The notes beneath the pieces were generated by a model that made no database searches, was not told the DNA's origin, and was given only the letters and a program-made list of their open reading frames with translations. Shown piece by piece: positions 1-14,639 of a stretch of DNA of 64,000 nucleotides (position 1 is its first letter; every line of letters starts with the position of its first letter). The DNA comes from the human T2T-CHM13v2.0 reference genome, Homo sapiens. The position numbers and the translations under genes were made by a program. The stretch lies in the NCBI RefSeq assembly GCF_009914755.1, contig NC_060933.1. One strand, given 5' to 3'.

Positions 1-104
1 CCAAATTTTTACATTTGTAGATATTGAAATAATACTATTATATTTTAACGTTTCTAGGCAATTTAAATAAGGCTGCAGCTTTTTCACTGAAACAATATGA
101 CCTT

Positions 105-431
<327 letters not shown>

Positions 432-719
432 TCACTCCGAATACAAAATTAGTACCTAAGTGATATTAATACACCTAAACGTCTTTTACTCTCAACCTTT
501 CTGTCTTATCTTAGAAGAGCATTTGAGGAGACCTCACTCATTGCTGTAGGCAGTTTACTTTCTTACCTCCAGCTTCTCTTTTCTATCTAATTTTCCTGAA
601 CGTTCAGACTATTGTGAAAACATATGTGTGATATCTTTTTAATCTACTCTAGTCTTTGATTCACATGTCCTAAGGTGAAAATGTCAAAAAAAAAATAGTC
701 ATTCTTTCTGGAACAAGAT

Positions 720-1330
720 AGTTGGTTATCACGGACAGGCTGTGCCTTTCCTTAAGCTCTCTCCCGTGTCTTCTACTCTAACTCATTTAGTTAGCACTTA
801 TATTCTATTTAATTTTGGATGGCTGACTTCGTCATATTCCCTGCCTTCTGGCTGGTTATTTGTCTAATATTACTGCCTGCTTCACTTCAATTAGTTCTAT
901 CGGCATAGTTTCTGATTCTCGAATAACAGGTAAGTTTGAAACTGCTTTATTGACTTTGCCTTGGCCCATGAAACCTTTGGAGATACCAGTGTCATTCTAC
1001 TTTTGCATTCCTCCTTTCTTTAGTAAAGGGAATATTTTCTGTGCTCTCCTGGGAAACTGAGCCAGGTGGTTTCTTCTTTGATCTCACATGATAAGCCCAT
1101 TCTAACATGTATATCCGTTTTCTTGAGCTTTCTGAATCTTCCCTTCCGTACTCTGTTAAAGCTGTCTTAACATTTCCAACTACTTTACTGTAGGCTATTA
1201 TGCTCAAGCTTCAAATATCTATCCAAGCAGCATATTAGAACCAGCTCCATGTGTGCCTACCATGCTGTCAAGTCTTGAGTGATGGGAGAGGGCTTCCACA
1301 TAAAAAAAGTAGTCACCATGAGCCTTATAT
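720..1330 (-). mobile_element. Ancient ERVL-class internal fragment (gag relic)
   Basis: Minus-strand ORF 992-1207 gives MLEWAYHVR...PP...ESTENIPFTKERRNA, matching the ERVL gag motif MLEWIYHVR...GPEDTPFTK-IRN; boundaries approximate. Confidence 0.7.
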
Positions 1331-1359
1331 TCTGCACATTCTCTTCTTGATGAAAAACT

Positions 1360-1625
1360 GTCAGATTCTGTGACATAATAAAAATATATTATTGGTCTCT
1401 ATTCCTGTTTCCTTACAGAGAACACCTAATTCTTACACTATTTTCTGAGCAATGGGGATGCTAGGTGCAAATTTTCTCGTAATATTTGGTGTTGGACCCC
1501 AGTTCCTGACAGAGAGGTCTTAATACCTTGGAATTTCCTGGGTAAAATGATCATCTACTGTTAATAATGAGACCATCCTTGGTGGGCTACTGGATGGAGG
1601 CTGGTCACCAGAACGATCATAGAAT
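1360..1625 (+). mobile_element. MER21-family LTR, 5' fragment
   Basis: TGTGACATAATAAAAATATATT...TTGG...CCCCAGTTCCTGACAGAGAG...CTTGGTGGGCTACTGGATGGAGGGCTGGTCACCAGAA resembles the MER21 5' end, including its internal repeat. Confidence 0.75.
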
Positions 1626-1718
1626 TCTTTCCATGAATTAGCTTTTTTCTGGCACAAAGACTGCATTTGTTTTTCATGTGGGTTTCTTATAGACAATACG
1701 TATTTGAGTCTTTCCATT

Positions 1719-2628
1719 AAAAAATAATTTCTATTTTTATTTCAATAGCTTTGAGAGTACAGGGGGCTTTTGGTTACATGGATAAGGGTTTTAGTGGTGA
1801 TTTCTGAGGTTTTGGTGTTCCTGTCACCAAAGTAGTGTACACTGTACCCAATGTGTACTCTTTTATCCCTCACACCCCTGCCCCCTTTCCCCCAAGTCCC
1901 CAAAGTCCATTATGTCATTCTATGCCGTTGTGTCTTCATAGCTTAGCTCCCACATAAAAGTGAGAGCATATGATATTTGATTTTCCCTTCCTGAGTTACT
2001 TCACCTAGAATAATGGCCTCCGGCTCCATCCAAGTTTCTGCAAAAGGCATTATGTCATTCCTTTTTACGGCTGAATAGTATTCCATGGTGTATATATACC
2101 ACATTTTCTTTATTCACCCATTGGTTGACAGGCCCTTAAGTTGGTTCCATGTCTTTGCAATTGTGAATTGGGCTGCTATGAACATGCATGTACATGTGTG
2201 TCTTTTTCATATAATGACATATTTTGCTCTGGGTAGACACCCAGTAGTGGGATTGCTGGATAGAATGGTAGTTCTACTTCTAGTTCTTTAAGGAATATTA
2301 ATACCATTTTCCCATGGTAGTTGTACTAGTTTATGTTTCCACTAGCAGCACACATTTATCTATGTAACAAACATGCACGTCCCGCACATGTATTTTGGAA
2401 CTTAAAATAAAATTAAATTATTTTTTTAAAAAGTGAGCAAAGGACACGAATAGACAATTCTCAAAAAAAGATATACAAACAGCCAACAAACATATGAAAC
2501 ACTGCTCAACATCACTAATTATCAGGGAAATCCTAATTAAAACCACAATGAAATATCACCTTATTCCTGCAAGAATGGCCATAATTTAAAAGTCAAAAAT
2601 CAGTAGATGTTGGCACAGATGTGGTGAA
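1719..2628 (-). mobile_element. L1PB-type LINE 3' end with twin-priming 5' inversion
   Basis: 3'UTR/ORF2 end on minus (1719-~2348), inverted ORF2 piece on plus (~2428-2628); 13-bp TSD GAGTCT(T/C)TCCATT at 1706-1718 and 2629-2641. Confidence 0.85.
2347..2428 (+). mobile_element. Short L1PA-type extreme 3' end plus A-tail
   Basis: GCACACATTTATCTATGTAACAAACATGCACGTCCCGCACATGTA...GGAACTTAAAATAAAA is the terminal L1PA 3'UTR. Confidence 0.75.
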
Positions 2629-3199
2629 GAGTCTCTCCATTTTAATCAGCCTATTTCCTTTCTTTATTGTACTATATAATTTATTTATATTTAATGTTTA
2701 ATTTATTTATATTTAATATAGCTAGATTCATATCAATCACCTTGTTAAGCATTTTCAATTTGTCTCATCTGTGTCTTGTTCTTACACTTCTTTCTTTATG
2801 GCTTCATTTTATAGCGTTTTACCTAGTTTACTATCTTATCAGCTATACTCCTTGGTTTATTTTTCAGTGGTTCACAAATCTGCATATTTAACTTTTGCAG
2901 TGTGTCCTTCAAATGCCCCTTGTCATACATTCTACTAAATATGAAAGAGTACACTGCCCGTTTTTTTATTCTTTTATACCTAAAGTAAGATTATCATATG
3001 ATTAACTTTTATATTCCTTAGAAAGCTCACAATACGTTTGTATGGCTTTTATCCTAATCAATCCATTAAAATATCAAGGAACAATAACAAGTATTTTATA
3101 TTTATCCACTTAGGCTATCTAAACATTCTGGAAACATAGTATATCTTTAAAACCTTGGGTACACAAAGATTTATTAGATGGGTCCCAGGCAGCACTAAA

Positions 3200-3780
3200 G
3201 ATAAACATAAAATTGTGACAAATTCAAATTCACCTACTTAAAAACAATAAGCTAGTACGTCACAGTTTGGAAGGAATATTTGCTTTATTTAACAAAGTAC
3301 TTAAATCTAGAATATTTGATAACTTCTAAAAATCAATAAGAAAAGAACAAACTTTTGAAAATGGGGAAAGATTTTAAAAGGCAGTTTATGATGCCATCAA
3401 ATAATCATTATTAATGTAAACAAACTCAATATTATTAATTTGGAAATACAATTCAAAAATTCAAGAAGTTCTGCTACACATGTTTCATGGTAGTTAATTT
3501 TATAACTAACAACAAAAACAAATTCTGGCAAGGATGTGGGACAGAGTCTCCACACATTGCTGGTAGTTATTTCATATTTTACAAATAGTGGGAATCATTC
3601 TGGCATTTTGTGTTCTTAAAATAAAGCATATTCCTTTTCTAAGACCCATCAATTTCACATCTTGACAGTTACCTAAGACAAATGAAAATATACCTCAGCC
3701 CTAAACTATAAATAAATCAAACATTAATTTAATAGGTGAATCGATAATGAACTTGTATATTTACATAGTAAAAGCAAGGA
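3200..3780 (+). mobile_element. Highly decayed L1M ORF2 3' fragment
   Basis: Degenerate L1 motifs (GGAATATTTGC, CTAGAATAT, CTGGCAAGGATGTGG, CACATTGCTGGT, GACCCATCAATTTCAC). Confidence 0.6.
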
Positions 3781-4189
3781 TAGAGGACCTTACTCTTTTT
3801 CCCGATTAACTGAACAATTTCAACTTATCATTTAGGTTCTAACTTAAAGGCTATCATCATCAGAAAGCACACATATCTAGATTCAATTGTGTGCCCCTTT
3901 CCTTGCATTTTACCTACAGCCTTGACTGTGCAGCCTCCCAATCCCTAGCAGAATACGATGCATATGCCTGTATTCTAAAAATATTGTTAATGTGAAATAA
4001 GTGTGTCAATGATATTTTCCAGTGCTTTATTATATACCATTGTTTACTGTGCAGTGCAGAGGAATATGATGAATAGCCAAAATGAGAAGACTGTATACCA
4101 TAAAGGATATCTGTGGTCCTACTTTTGGAAAAAAATATAGTCTACACTAAAAGTTTATATTTTGGGTAAAGTACATTTGGGGAAACTGT

Positions 4190-4528
4190 TTGGCATACAG
4201 TGAATGTTGTGTCTTCCTTAAATTCATAAGTTGAAACCCTAATATCCATAGAGACTTCAGGAGATAATTAGGTCACCAGGTTGTAGTCTTCATAAATGGG
4301 ATTAGGGGAAGGCCAGAGAGCTAGCTAGCTTCCTTTCAGCCATGTGAAGATAAAAGGAAAAGTCCAGTCAGTAGTCCGCAACCCAGACCCGGGCCCTCAC
4401 AAGAGTCTGAACATGCTGTCTTCCGGACTCAGAATTCCAGTCTTATAACTGTGATAAACAATTTTCTGTTGTTTATAAAGCCCCCGTCAATGGTACTTTG
4501 TTATAGCAGCCCAAACTGACTAAGACAC
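4190..4528 (+). mobile_element. MLT1A-type MaLR solo LTR
   Basis: GAATGTT...AAAATTCATAAGTTGAAACCCTAA near the 5' end; 3' end TGTTATAGCAGCCCAAACTGACTAAGACA. Confidence 0.85.
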
Positions 4529-4789
4529 AATGTCAGAAATATTCTAGTACCTTTAATTTTATTCCCCACAATTATTTTCTCCTCATACTCAACACTATAT
4601 GTACTATGGTAAAATTAATCTTTCCAAATTCCATTTCTTAAATTCTATTCTAATTACTTTGCTCTAACATTTTAGATTATTTTTCTTTTTAAAAATCCTT
4701 TTGAGTTCAGACATTTCTATTTGATTTGTACCTGTGTACACTGTTCATTTAGTAATTCTAATTTAGTGTGAATCTATGAAGGCAATTCT

Positions 4790-6070
4790 AGAACATATCT
4801 TCTCAAACCTGTCTCAAGAAGAACTGGAGTGCATGAACCATTTTATGCCCATTAATAATAATTAAACATAAAAAATCTTCAACAAATAAAAATCCTTTGC
4901 CCAGCTAAGTATTCATATGATAGGGGGCATTTTGCAAAATTTTCTTAAAATAGATTATTTTGAATTTATATAAATGCAAAGAGATTGGAATATGGACACT
5001 ATTTGATACAAAATCAGACTAGGAAAGTAGACAAATATTTCTTATAAATATAGATATAATCAAACTAAATAAATTTAACACTTTAATAAGAAATATGACA
5101 TGAGCAAGTTTACTATGTCTTTAGAATGATAGTTTAATATTTTGTAAAGTCTGTAAATGCAAATATAAATTTCAAAAATATAATAATATAGGAACATCTT
5201 TTTATCTTTTAATAGATACAAAAAACTGTATTTAATACAATTCAGCTATCATTTATAATAATAAATATTACTACCAAGAGTATAAGAAACCTTCCACAAT
5301 CTCATAAATTATATTTAAGAAGGAAAAATAACAACAAATTTTATTGTTAATAAACATTAAAAGCGCTGCCTTGAAATAAGGACAATAACAAAGGTACTGA
5401 CTGCCAAGATTTCTGTCAGATTAGCATGGCTAATCTAATCTTTATTTTAAGATAAAAGAAAAATAACTGTAAAAGGAAAGGAGACTACAAAATCACCCCC
5501 ATTTGCAAGTAATTATCCAAATAGAACATGTTTAGAAATGTCTATTTATGTTACCAGAAAATAATAAATCTTTACAAAACATGTTTGGATAAAATTCAAT
5601 ATTAAAAAGTTAACCAAATTTCCATATACTACAACTAAAAATATAATTTAAAAATAATATTTACAATAGCAACAAAATAAATTTCTCAAAATAAATCTAA
5701 CAAAAATGTGTCCATTATATGAGCAGAAAGCTTGAAAATTTATCTAAAATTAATGAAGGTATTGACAAATACATGAAGAGATCTCCCATCCTCATGGACA
5801 AGAAGACAATTTCATAAAGATATCAGAACGATACTCTTCCCCAATTATTTTATAGGTTCTATAAAACTGCAATCTAAGTTCCTTTTTGAAGTTCACACAC
5901 TTCTAAAATTTTTACAGAAGTGTAAAGGAACAAGAATTGCCAAGAAACTAACAAGAACAAGGAAAATGAGTGAGGATTTGCCTATTTGACTTCCAGGCTT
6001 GTTAAGCTGTGGTATTTAAGTCAATGTGAATTCTTTCACCATCAACTATAAGACCACTAGTGAGTAAATA
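4790..6070 (+). mobile_element. Old L1M ORF2 remnants
   Basis: Degenerate colinear L1 ORF2 motifs (TTTGCAAGTAATTAT, TTTACAATAGCAACAAAA, CCCATCCTCATGGACAAGAAGAC). Confidence 0.6.
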
Positions 6071-6088
6071 AAGCATTAAGAACATATT

Positions 6089-6375
6089 GGCTGGGTGCGG
6101 TGGCTCATGATTCTAATTCCAGCACTTTTGGAGACCGAGGCAGGTGGATAACCTGAGGTCGGGAGTTCGAGACCAGCCTGGCCAACATGGCGAAACCTTG
6201 TCACTACTAAATATACAAAAAATAGCCAGGTGCATTGGTGCACGCCTGTAATCTTAGCCTCTCAGGAGGTGGAGGCAGGAGAACTGCTTGAACCTGGAAG
6301 GGCAAGATCATGCCACTGCACTCCAGTCTAGGTGACAGAGAGAGACTCCAACTCAAAAAAAAAAAAACAGAAAGA
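6089..6375 (+). mobile_element. Alu SINE (AluS-type) with ~20-bp right-arm deletion
   Basis: Canonical Alu; TSD AAGAACATATT at 6078-6088 and 6376-6386; GCGGAGGTTGCAGTGAG segment missing near 6300. Confidence 0.97.
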
Positions 6376-6645
6376 AAGAACATATTGACCTTAGAGTGGT
6401 AGTATAGTTTTCACTGAATGCAGCACTTGTTAGACATATCAAATCTGTATTAGCAATTCTTCTATGTCACAACCATGTGTCCTCAGGTTACATTCATTCT
6501 GCCTTATCATAGCTCTCAATTTTACTCTATAATCAATTTCTATAATAACCTCTGCATTATGCCTTTATTTATTTTAAATATATATTTTTTAATTGAAAAA
6601 TAAAAATAGTATATTTTTTCATATGCAATGTGTTGCTCTGAGATA

Positions 6646-7210
6646 CAGTAGTCACCCTCTTACCCTGTTTCATTTCCACAGCTTCAGTTACCCACAATTG
6701 TCCAAAAATATTAAATGGAGATTTCTAGAAATAAATAATTTATAGATTTTAAATTCTGAGTAGTATCATGAAATCTTGGGCCATTTTACTCTTTCCTGCC
6801 TGAAAGGTGAATTATTTCTTTATCCAGTGTATCCATGCTGTATACATTACCTGCTACTTAGTATCCTTCTGGGATATTCAAATTAACTGTCACCACATAG
6901 CAGGGCTTATGTTCAAGTAACTTTTATTTTATTTAATAATGGCTCCAAAGCACAAGAGTAATGATGGTGACAATTCAGATATACCAATGAGAAGCAGAAT
7001 CATTCTTCCTTTAGGGGAAATGGTGAGCATTTGGAACTTAATAAGGAAAGAAAAATATTGCCCACTGAGGTTGCTAAGCTCCACTGGTAAAAATGAATCA
7101 TCTATCCATGAAATCATGAAGAAGATAAAAGAAATTAATGCATAGGGTTTGGTACTATCTGTGGTTTCAGACATCCACTGGGGGTCTTGGAATGTCTCCC
7201 CTGTGGATAA
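6646..7210 (+). mobile_element. MER44B (Tigger7-derived TcMar DNA transposon) inserted in an L1MA 3' tail
   Basis: TA|CAGTAGTC left end; ORF 6939-7145 MAPKHKS...GKNESSIHEIMKK resembles the Tigger transposase N-terminus; flanks ~6580-6645 and ~7211-7262 join to form an antisense L1MA 3' end. Confidence 0.85.
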
Positions 7211-7621
7211 CATAGTTACATATTGTGGAATGGCTAAATTAAGCTAATTAACATACACATTTGGTTAAATTTCTAAGACACGAGTTTATGAGAGGAAGTT
7301 TAGAAAACAACATTCTTGTAGTTTACAAAATAACTGGAAGACATCAGGAGAAAGGAGCAATCATGAAAAGAAAACAGGCCCAGGATAACGAACATTGCAG
7401 GCTGTAAGAGTATGGAGTTTGACTCTGTCCAAGGAAGAACATCACTCCAAGTTTCTGAAGTAGAACCCCTCAGAAAATATGTAGATTAAGGAAATATCTC
7501 AAAGCTACAATCTACCCTTGGGATAGGAAACATTATTTTTGTGGTTTGATTCGGTTTGTGTTTCTCTCTACTTCACACTCTATTCACAGAAAGGAAGATG
7601 TTGATGTCAAAGGTAAGGCTT

Positions 7622-9283
7622 AGCAGGCTCAACACCATGTGGAAGCTGCCAAGGCTTGAGGTTTGCACCCTCTGAACCCACAGCCCAAGCTCTGCGTTGG
7701 CCCCTTTCAGCCATGGCTGGAGCAGCTGGGACGCAGGGCACCAAGTCCGTAGGCTTCGAGGGGCTGCCACAAAGATCTTTGACATGCCCTGGAGACATTT
7801 TCCCCATTGTCTTGGGGATTAACATTTGGCTCCTCATTACTTATCCAAATTTCTGCAACTGGCTTGTATTTCTCCTCAGAAAATAAGATTGTCTTTTTTT
7901 TTTTTTTTGCCTTTTTAATAGGATCATGTCTCTCACTTTACAAATTCTCAAAACATATGGTTCCCTTTTTACATACATATATAAACACTTTTAAACATAA
8001 ATATCAAATGCATGAGAATCATATGGGCAGATAAATTCAGGAAGCCAAGAACACAGAACGAAAAGCCTGTCACCAGATCTTACAAATGATCATCTAAACT
8101 TCTCTGGCCATTCAATTTGATACATTATCCCAAATATTCCATGTCACATGGTCCACAAGGTTTTCTTTTGGGATTCTGAAGCAATCAATAGCCATACTTG
8201 TCATTAAGATGGGTTCTGCCATCTCCACTTTGACCTTCAGGTGGGACCCACACACAGTAGTCTGGGTCATCTTCAGGATATTTGGAAGAAAGTGTTGGTG
8301 GAAGTTTGCTGGACCAGGTGTTTTCTTTTTCTTCAATTCACCTCTGCTTTTCTCATATTCATTCTTTGATGCTGAGGGTCCTGCGCACAATGAAGTGGTT
8401 TTGCTACAGTCTTGATAATCTTTATTCTGTTCTTCCTCGCTAAGTTGAGACATGTTTTCATGGGTTTGGTTTTCTTTAAAATGTGTGAGATCTGTGGGAG
8501 GCCTCATTTCCTGCACTGCTGCTTCTGGCTGTATCTCTGGCTGTGGCCTACTGAGGCTTCCATCCTCCAGTTTTTTCTTTTCATGCTCCTCCTTTTCTTT
8601 CTCTTCTTCCTCTTCCTCTTCCTCCTCCTCTTCTACTTCAGACTCATCTTTCATTCTCATTAAAGTTGGAGGGAGTTCTGGATGCTTCGGGGGTAACTTC
8701 CCTGCTGTTCTAGTTTTTAATTTGAATTTGCTTCCTCCTTTCATGGCACCAAATAGAGGCAATGTAAGCTTTTTAGCTTTGTTTTCAAGATTGTCTTCTC
8801 TATCGCATTGACAGGCTGCAGATTTTACGAACTCTTATGCTCTGCTTCTCTTATAAAACTGAATGCCTTTAACAGCACCCAAGTCATCTTTTGAATGCTT
8901 TGCTGCTTAGAAATTTCTTCCGCCAGATACTCTAAATCATCTCTCTCATGTTCAAAGTTCCACAGATCTCTAGGGCAAGGGCAAAATGCCACCAGTCTCT
9001 TGGATAAAACACAACAAGAGTCACCTTTGCTACAGTTCCCAACAAGTTCCTCATCTCCATCTGAGACTACCTCAGCCTGGATTTTATCTTCCATATTATT
9101 ATCAGCATTTTGGTGAAAGCCATCCAATAAGTCTCTACGGACTTTCAAATTTTTCCACATTTTCCTGTCTCTTCTGAGCCCTCCAAACTGTTCCAACGTC
9201 TGTTATCCAGTTCCGAAGTCACTTTCACATTTTCGGGTATGTTTTCAGCAGCTCCCCACTTTACTGGTACCAATTTAAGTACT
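7622..9283 (-). mobile_element. THE1/MST MaLR internal fragment without LTRs, interrupted by a retrocopy
   Basis: 7622-7895 and 8787-9283 align colinearly with the THE1 internal region at ~49803-50630 in this window; ~75-bp deletion near 7756. Confidence 0.9.
7896..8786 (-). pseudogene. SLC4A1AP: 5'-truncated processed pseudogene of SLC4A1AP (kanadaptin)
   Basis: Translation ENKAKKLTLPLFGAMKGGSKFKLKT...poly-Glu...KKKKTPGP, then after a 1-nt deletion (~8309) KLPPTLSSKYPEDDPDYCVWVPPEGQSGDGRTHLNDKYGY* (stop 8185-8187), which I recognise as the kanadaptin C-terminus; intronless, 3'UTR, ATTAAA (7914-7919), poly(A) to ~7896, TSD AAGATTGTCTT at 7885-7895 and 8787-8797. Symbol given is the parent gene. 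Confidence 0.93.
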
Positions 9284-9289
9284 ATTAGA

Positions 9290-11580
<2,291 letters not shown>

Positions 11581-11619
11581 TTAAATTTCATATCACTTTC
11601 CTGTGACTCCATGTCAATG

Positions 11620-11760
11620 AAGTCTTATTAGTTGTGACAAATGTACCATAATAATGTAACACATTAGAAACAGGGAAAACTGGGTCAGGATATGGAAAAT
11701 TTCTGAACAACCTTTCTGAAATTTCTGCAAATATAACACTTTTCTAAAATAAATTTGAGT
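11620..11760 (+). mobile_element. L1MC-type 3' end fragment
   Basis: AGTTGTGACAAATGTACCATA...GGGAAAACTGGGT...TTTCTGCAAATATAACACTTTTCTAAAATAAA. Confidence 0.65.
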
Positions 11761-13059
11761 AAATATTTAAAAATCTGTAAAACAGAATTATAGGAGAGAT
11801 TCACAGAGTCATTTATAGTTAAAATTTAAATATTTATATAATTTTCAAAAACATATACTGTGAGACAGAAAAACCTTTTAAAGGGCAACTAAGTAATAGG
11901 GTTATGTAATTTTAATTAAGCATTTAAAATCTTTTAGTAAGTAGGAAAACAGTACATTGTAGAGTCTCATCAAAAGAGAAATGTGTGATTAAAAGTTGAT
12001 TCTATCAAATTGTTCTTGATATTTCTTTTTCTTTTTTTCATTATTATCCTTTGTTAGAAAACAAAGTGTGCTAATTAGCTGTTGAAACTGTTGATATTTT
12101 AAAGGCAGAAATCAGGAAATTCTAAGTTAAATTGTCTTATCCCTAAATAAAGTGTTGTTGAATTTCCAGTTACTTCATTTTTAGGACATTATGGCTGGTT
12201 ACAGCCTTGAAATTGCTTGGAATATCAGTCCTTTGCTGAATAACTTGTTAAGATGCAAGAAAATGAGCTTTCTTTACTCCATATTATATGCATAATTGGT
12301 GGCATGTTTATGGTTTAAGAATATGATGGGCTACGAAGAATTCTGAATTTTGATTTAGAATCAAATGCTGGTTGAAAATGCTGGTAGATATAGTGAAGAC
12401 TTTACAATACTTAATTATTTTTAAAAAATTGAAAAATCAATATTGCCTAAGGATATTATTTTCTTGGTTTTTCAGTACTTAGTGACCTTGTAAATTAGTG
12501 AGATAACTTGAAAAATTGCTTTTGTTTTAGTTCAATGTCCTATAAAGTAATTCACTAACTCACGGATTAAAACAAAAATATTTACTTTGGTAATTGTATT
12601 CATCCTTAACTTTTCTCTATGTGCTTTTTTTTTTAAAAAAAGTATAAAAACCAATTTAGACCATGTATGTTATGTGGATCATTCAAACATGTGTTGTATA
12701 TGTACACACACACTTATACACACACACATACATACATACATATATTCACACAATTATTTAATTGTAAAAAAATTCACTGAGTAATTACTATAGACTGTCC
12801 ATTAAACACATTTTTTTTGAAAAGATAAAAGACATATCTTGTTAATCTTGAAAACTCAGTGCAGGAGAGAAAAGAGCAATCTAGAGAAGCATCTCAAGTC
12901 ACTCTAGTTTTCATGGCCACCTGAAAATTACCCTTTGAGGGATAAAATGACACATTCTAAGAAATTCAGGAAAACTGTAGAGGAAGGATAAAATAAATAC
13001 AATAAACAAAGACTATTAGAAAGGCCAACTGAAATAACATTTGATGCATCTAGTTTGCC

Positions 13060-13360
13060 TGGCTCAGAAGCCTGGACATCCTATCTACAGGAAATTGGAG
13101 GCTGTTGAAAGACATGTGCAACAGAACAACACTATATGTTTTAAGAAGCTAACTATGGTGGTTATGCAAATAATAAATTATGCAAACAAACAGTAGAGGC
13201 AGATAGATATATAGATTTACATATAGATAGATACATAGTTGGAGCTTATTGCAATAATCCAGTTGAGCAATATAGAGATCCTAAATGTAGACAACAGAAT
13301 AGTGGAGACAAAAGAACATCTTGAGTCCTATTTGGGAAGAAAACTGGAGAGACTGCCATC
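13060..13360 (-). mobile_element. L2 LINE fragment
   Basis: Degenerate antisense L2 motifs (GGAGGCTGTTGAAAG, TATGTTTTAAGAAG, TATTGCAATAATCCAG). Confidence 0.5.
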
Positions 13361-14639
13361 ATGGAAAGGCAATATGAGTGCCTACAACCCCTACTTTTGA
13401 TGTTGAGCTGACTACATTACTCAGAAAGCTGTTATCTCAGCTGCGTTCAAGCTGATCTCCTAGTTTAATGGTGTATGTTCCTTAGTTTTGAAATTATATG
13501 AATGTTTACTCTCAATTATGATTATACAATTTGTTTAAAGTAAACTCATCAAAATTTTAGATATTTAGTTTCCAATTTCTCTTTTTAAAATCGTATATGT
13601 AGCATTCTTAACATTTGAATTCATTTACTAATAAAAATTAAAAATTCCATTTATTATGGTATACCAGAAAACAGCATTTGTAATAATTTTGTGAACAAAG
13701 TTTACATATATATTTTGTAATTTTGAAAATTAAATGTATCATATGTGAAATTTTTTATAGAATAAAACATACTTTTAGCTTATGTCATAAATTGAGGATA
13801 TTGCCAACAATTACTTATTATTTAAAATAGAAAGTTGTCTATCATGTAAAACATCAAACAAGTTTTACTGACTCAGTGATGGAATATACACACTTATACA
13901 GGCAAGTTGAAAAGTAAATTAGAAGTTTATCTACTATAGGATATATATTATTTTAGGATAAAACGAGTTTTAACCAATGTACTCATATGCCTAATTTCAA
14001 GAAAGCTTTTCGGGTGCTCCAACTTACCATACTGATAGGTTGAAAACTACCATTGTTACTTGGATGTATTTTTTAAATAAACTAATTATTTGGATTACAC
14101 TTCTTGATAAATATAAGTGTATATATATTGTAATCGACTATGGATGTTCAATGTACTAAAAAGTTTCTATTGAATCATGTTTCTATAGTTTGAATGTTGA
14201 TTTTCTATTAACATGTGTGTGACCCAGGTAAGTCAATTAATTGTTTTAAGAATGCTTTTTAGAAAGTTGAGAATCCCATAAGGAATCTGGCAATGGTAAC
14301 TAAAAATGATAGTCCATAGTATTACTGAACATAATTATATACATATATTCTATAAAATAGAACAACATAGTTATTAGTGTTTCATGCAACAGAAAAATTT
14401 TTAAGTAATTGCTATGCACAATGTAATATTAAAGTTATTGATGATTCAACAACGTTTCTGTTTATAGAGACCATGCATTCTAATGGGGAGGTAAATTGGA
14501 CTTTGTGTTAAAGTATCTTTTGTAATTTCTCTACAATATTTTATTATTTGCAGTCCATTAAGCATGTCCTAAATAATGAATATTTTTGAATATTGTAGTT
14601 CTTAGTAATATAATATTTTAAGTGTTTAAAATGTCTCAG

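Noticed and set aside
8209-8811. Plus-strand Ser/Phe-rich ORFs
   Set aside because: Antisense shadows of the poly-Glu region of the SLC4A1AP retrocopy
8762-9196. Possible THE1-int ORF / SLC4A1AP fusion gene
   Set aside because: The THE1 ORF stops at 8825 and is in a different frame from the retrocopy
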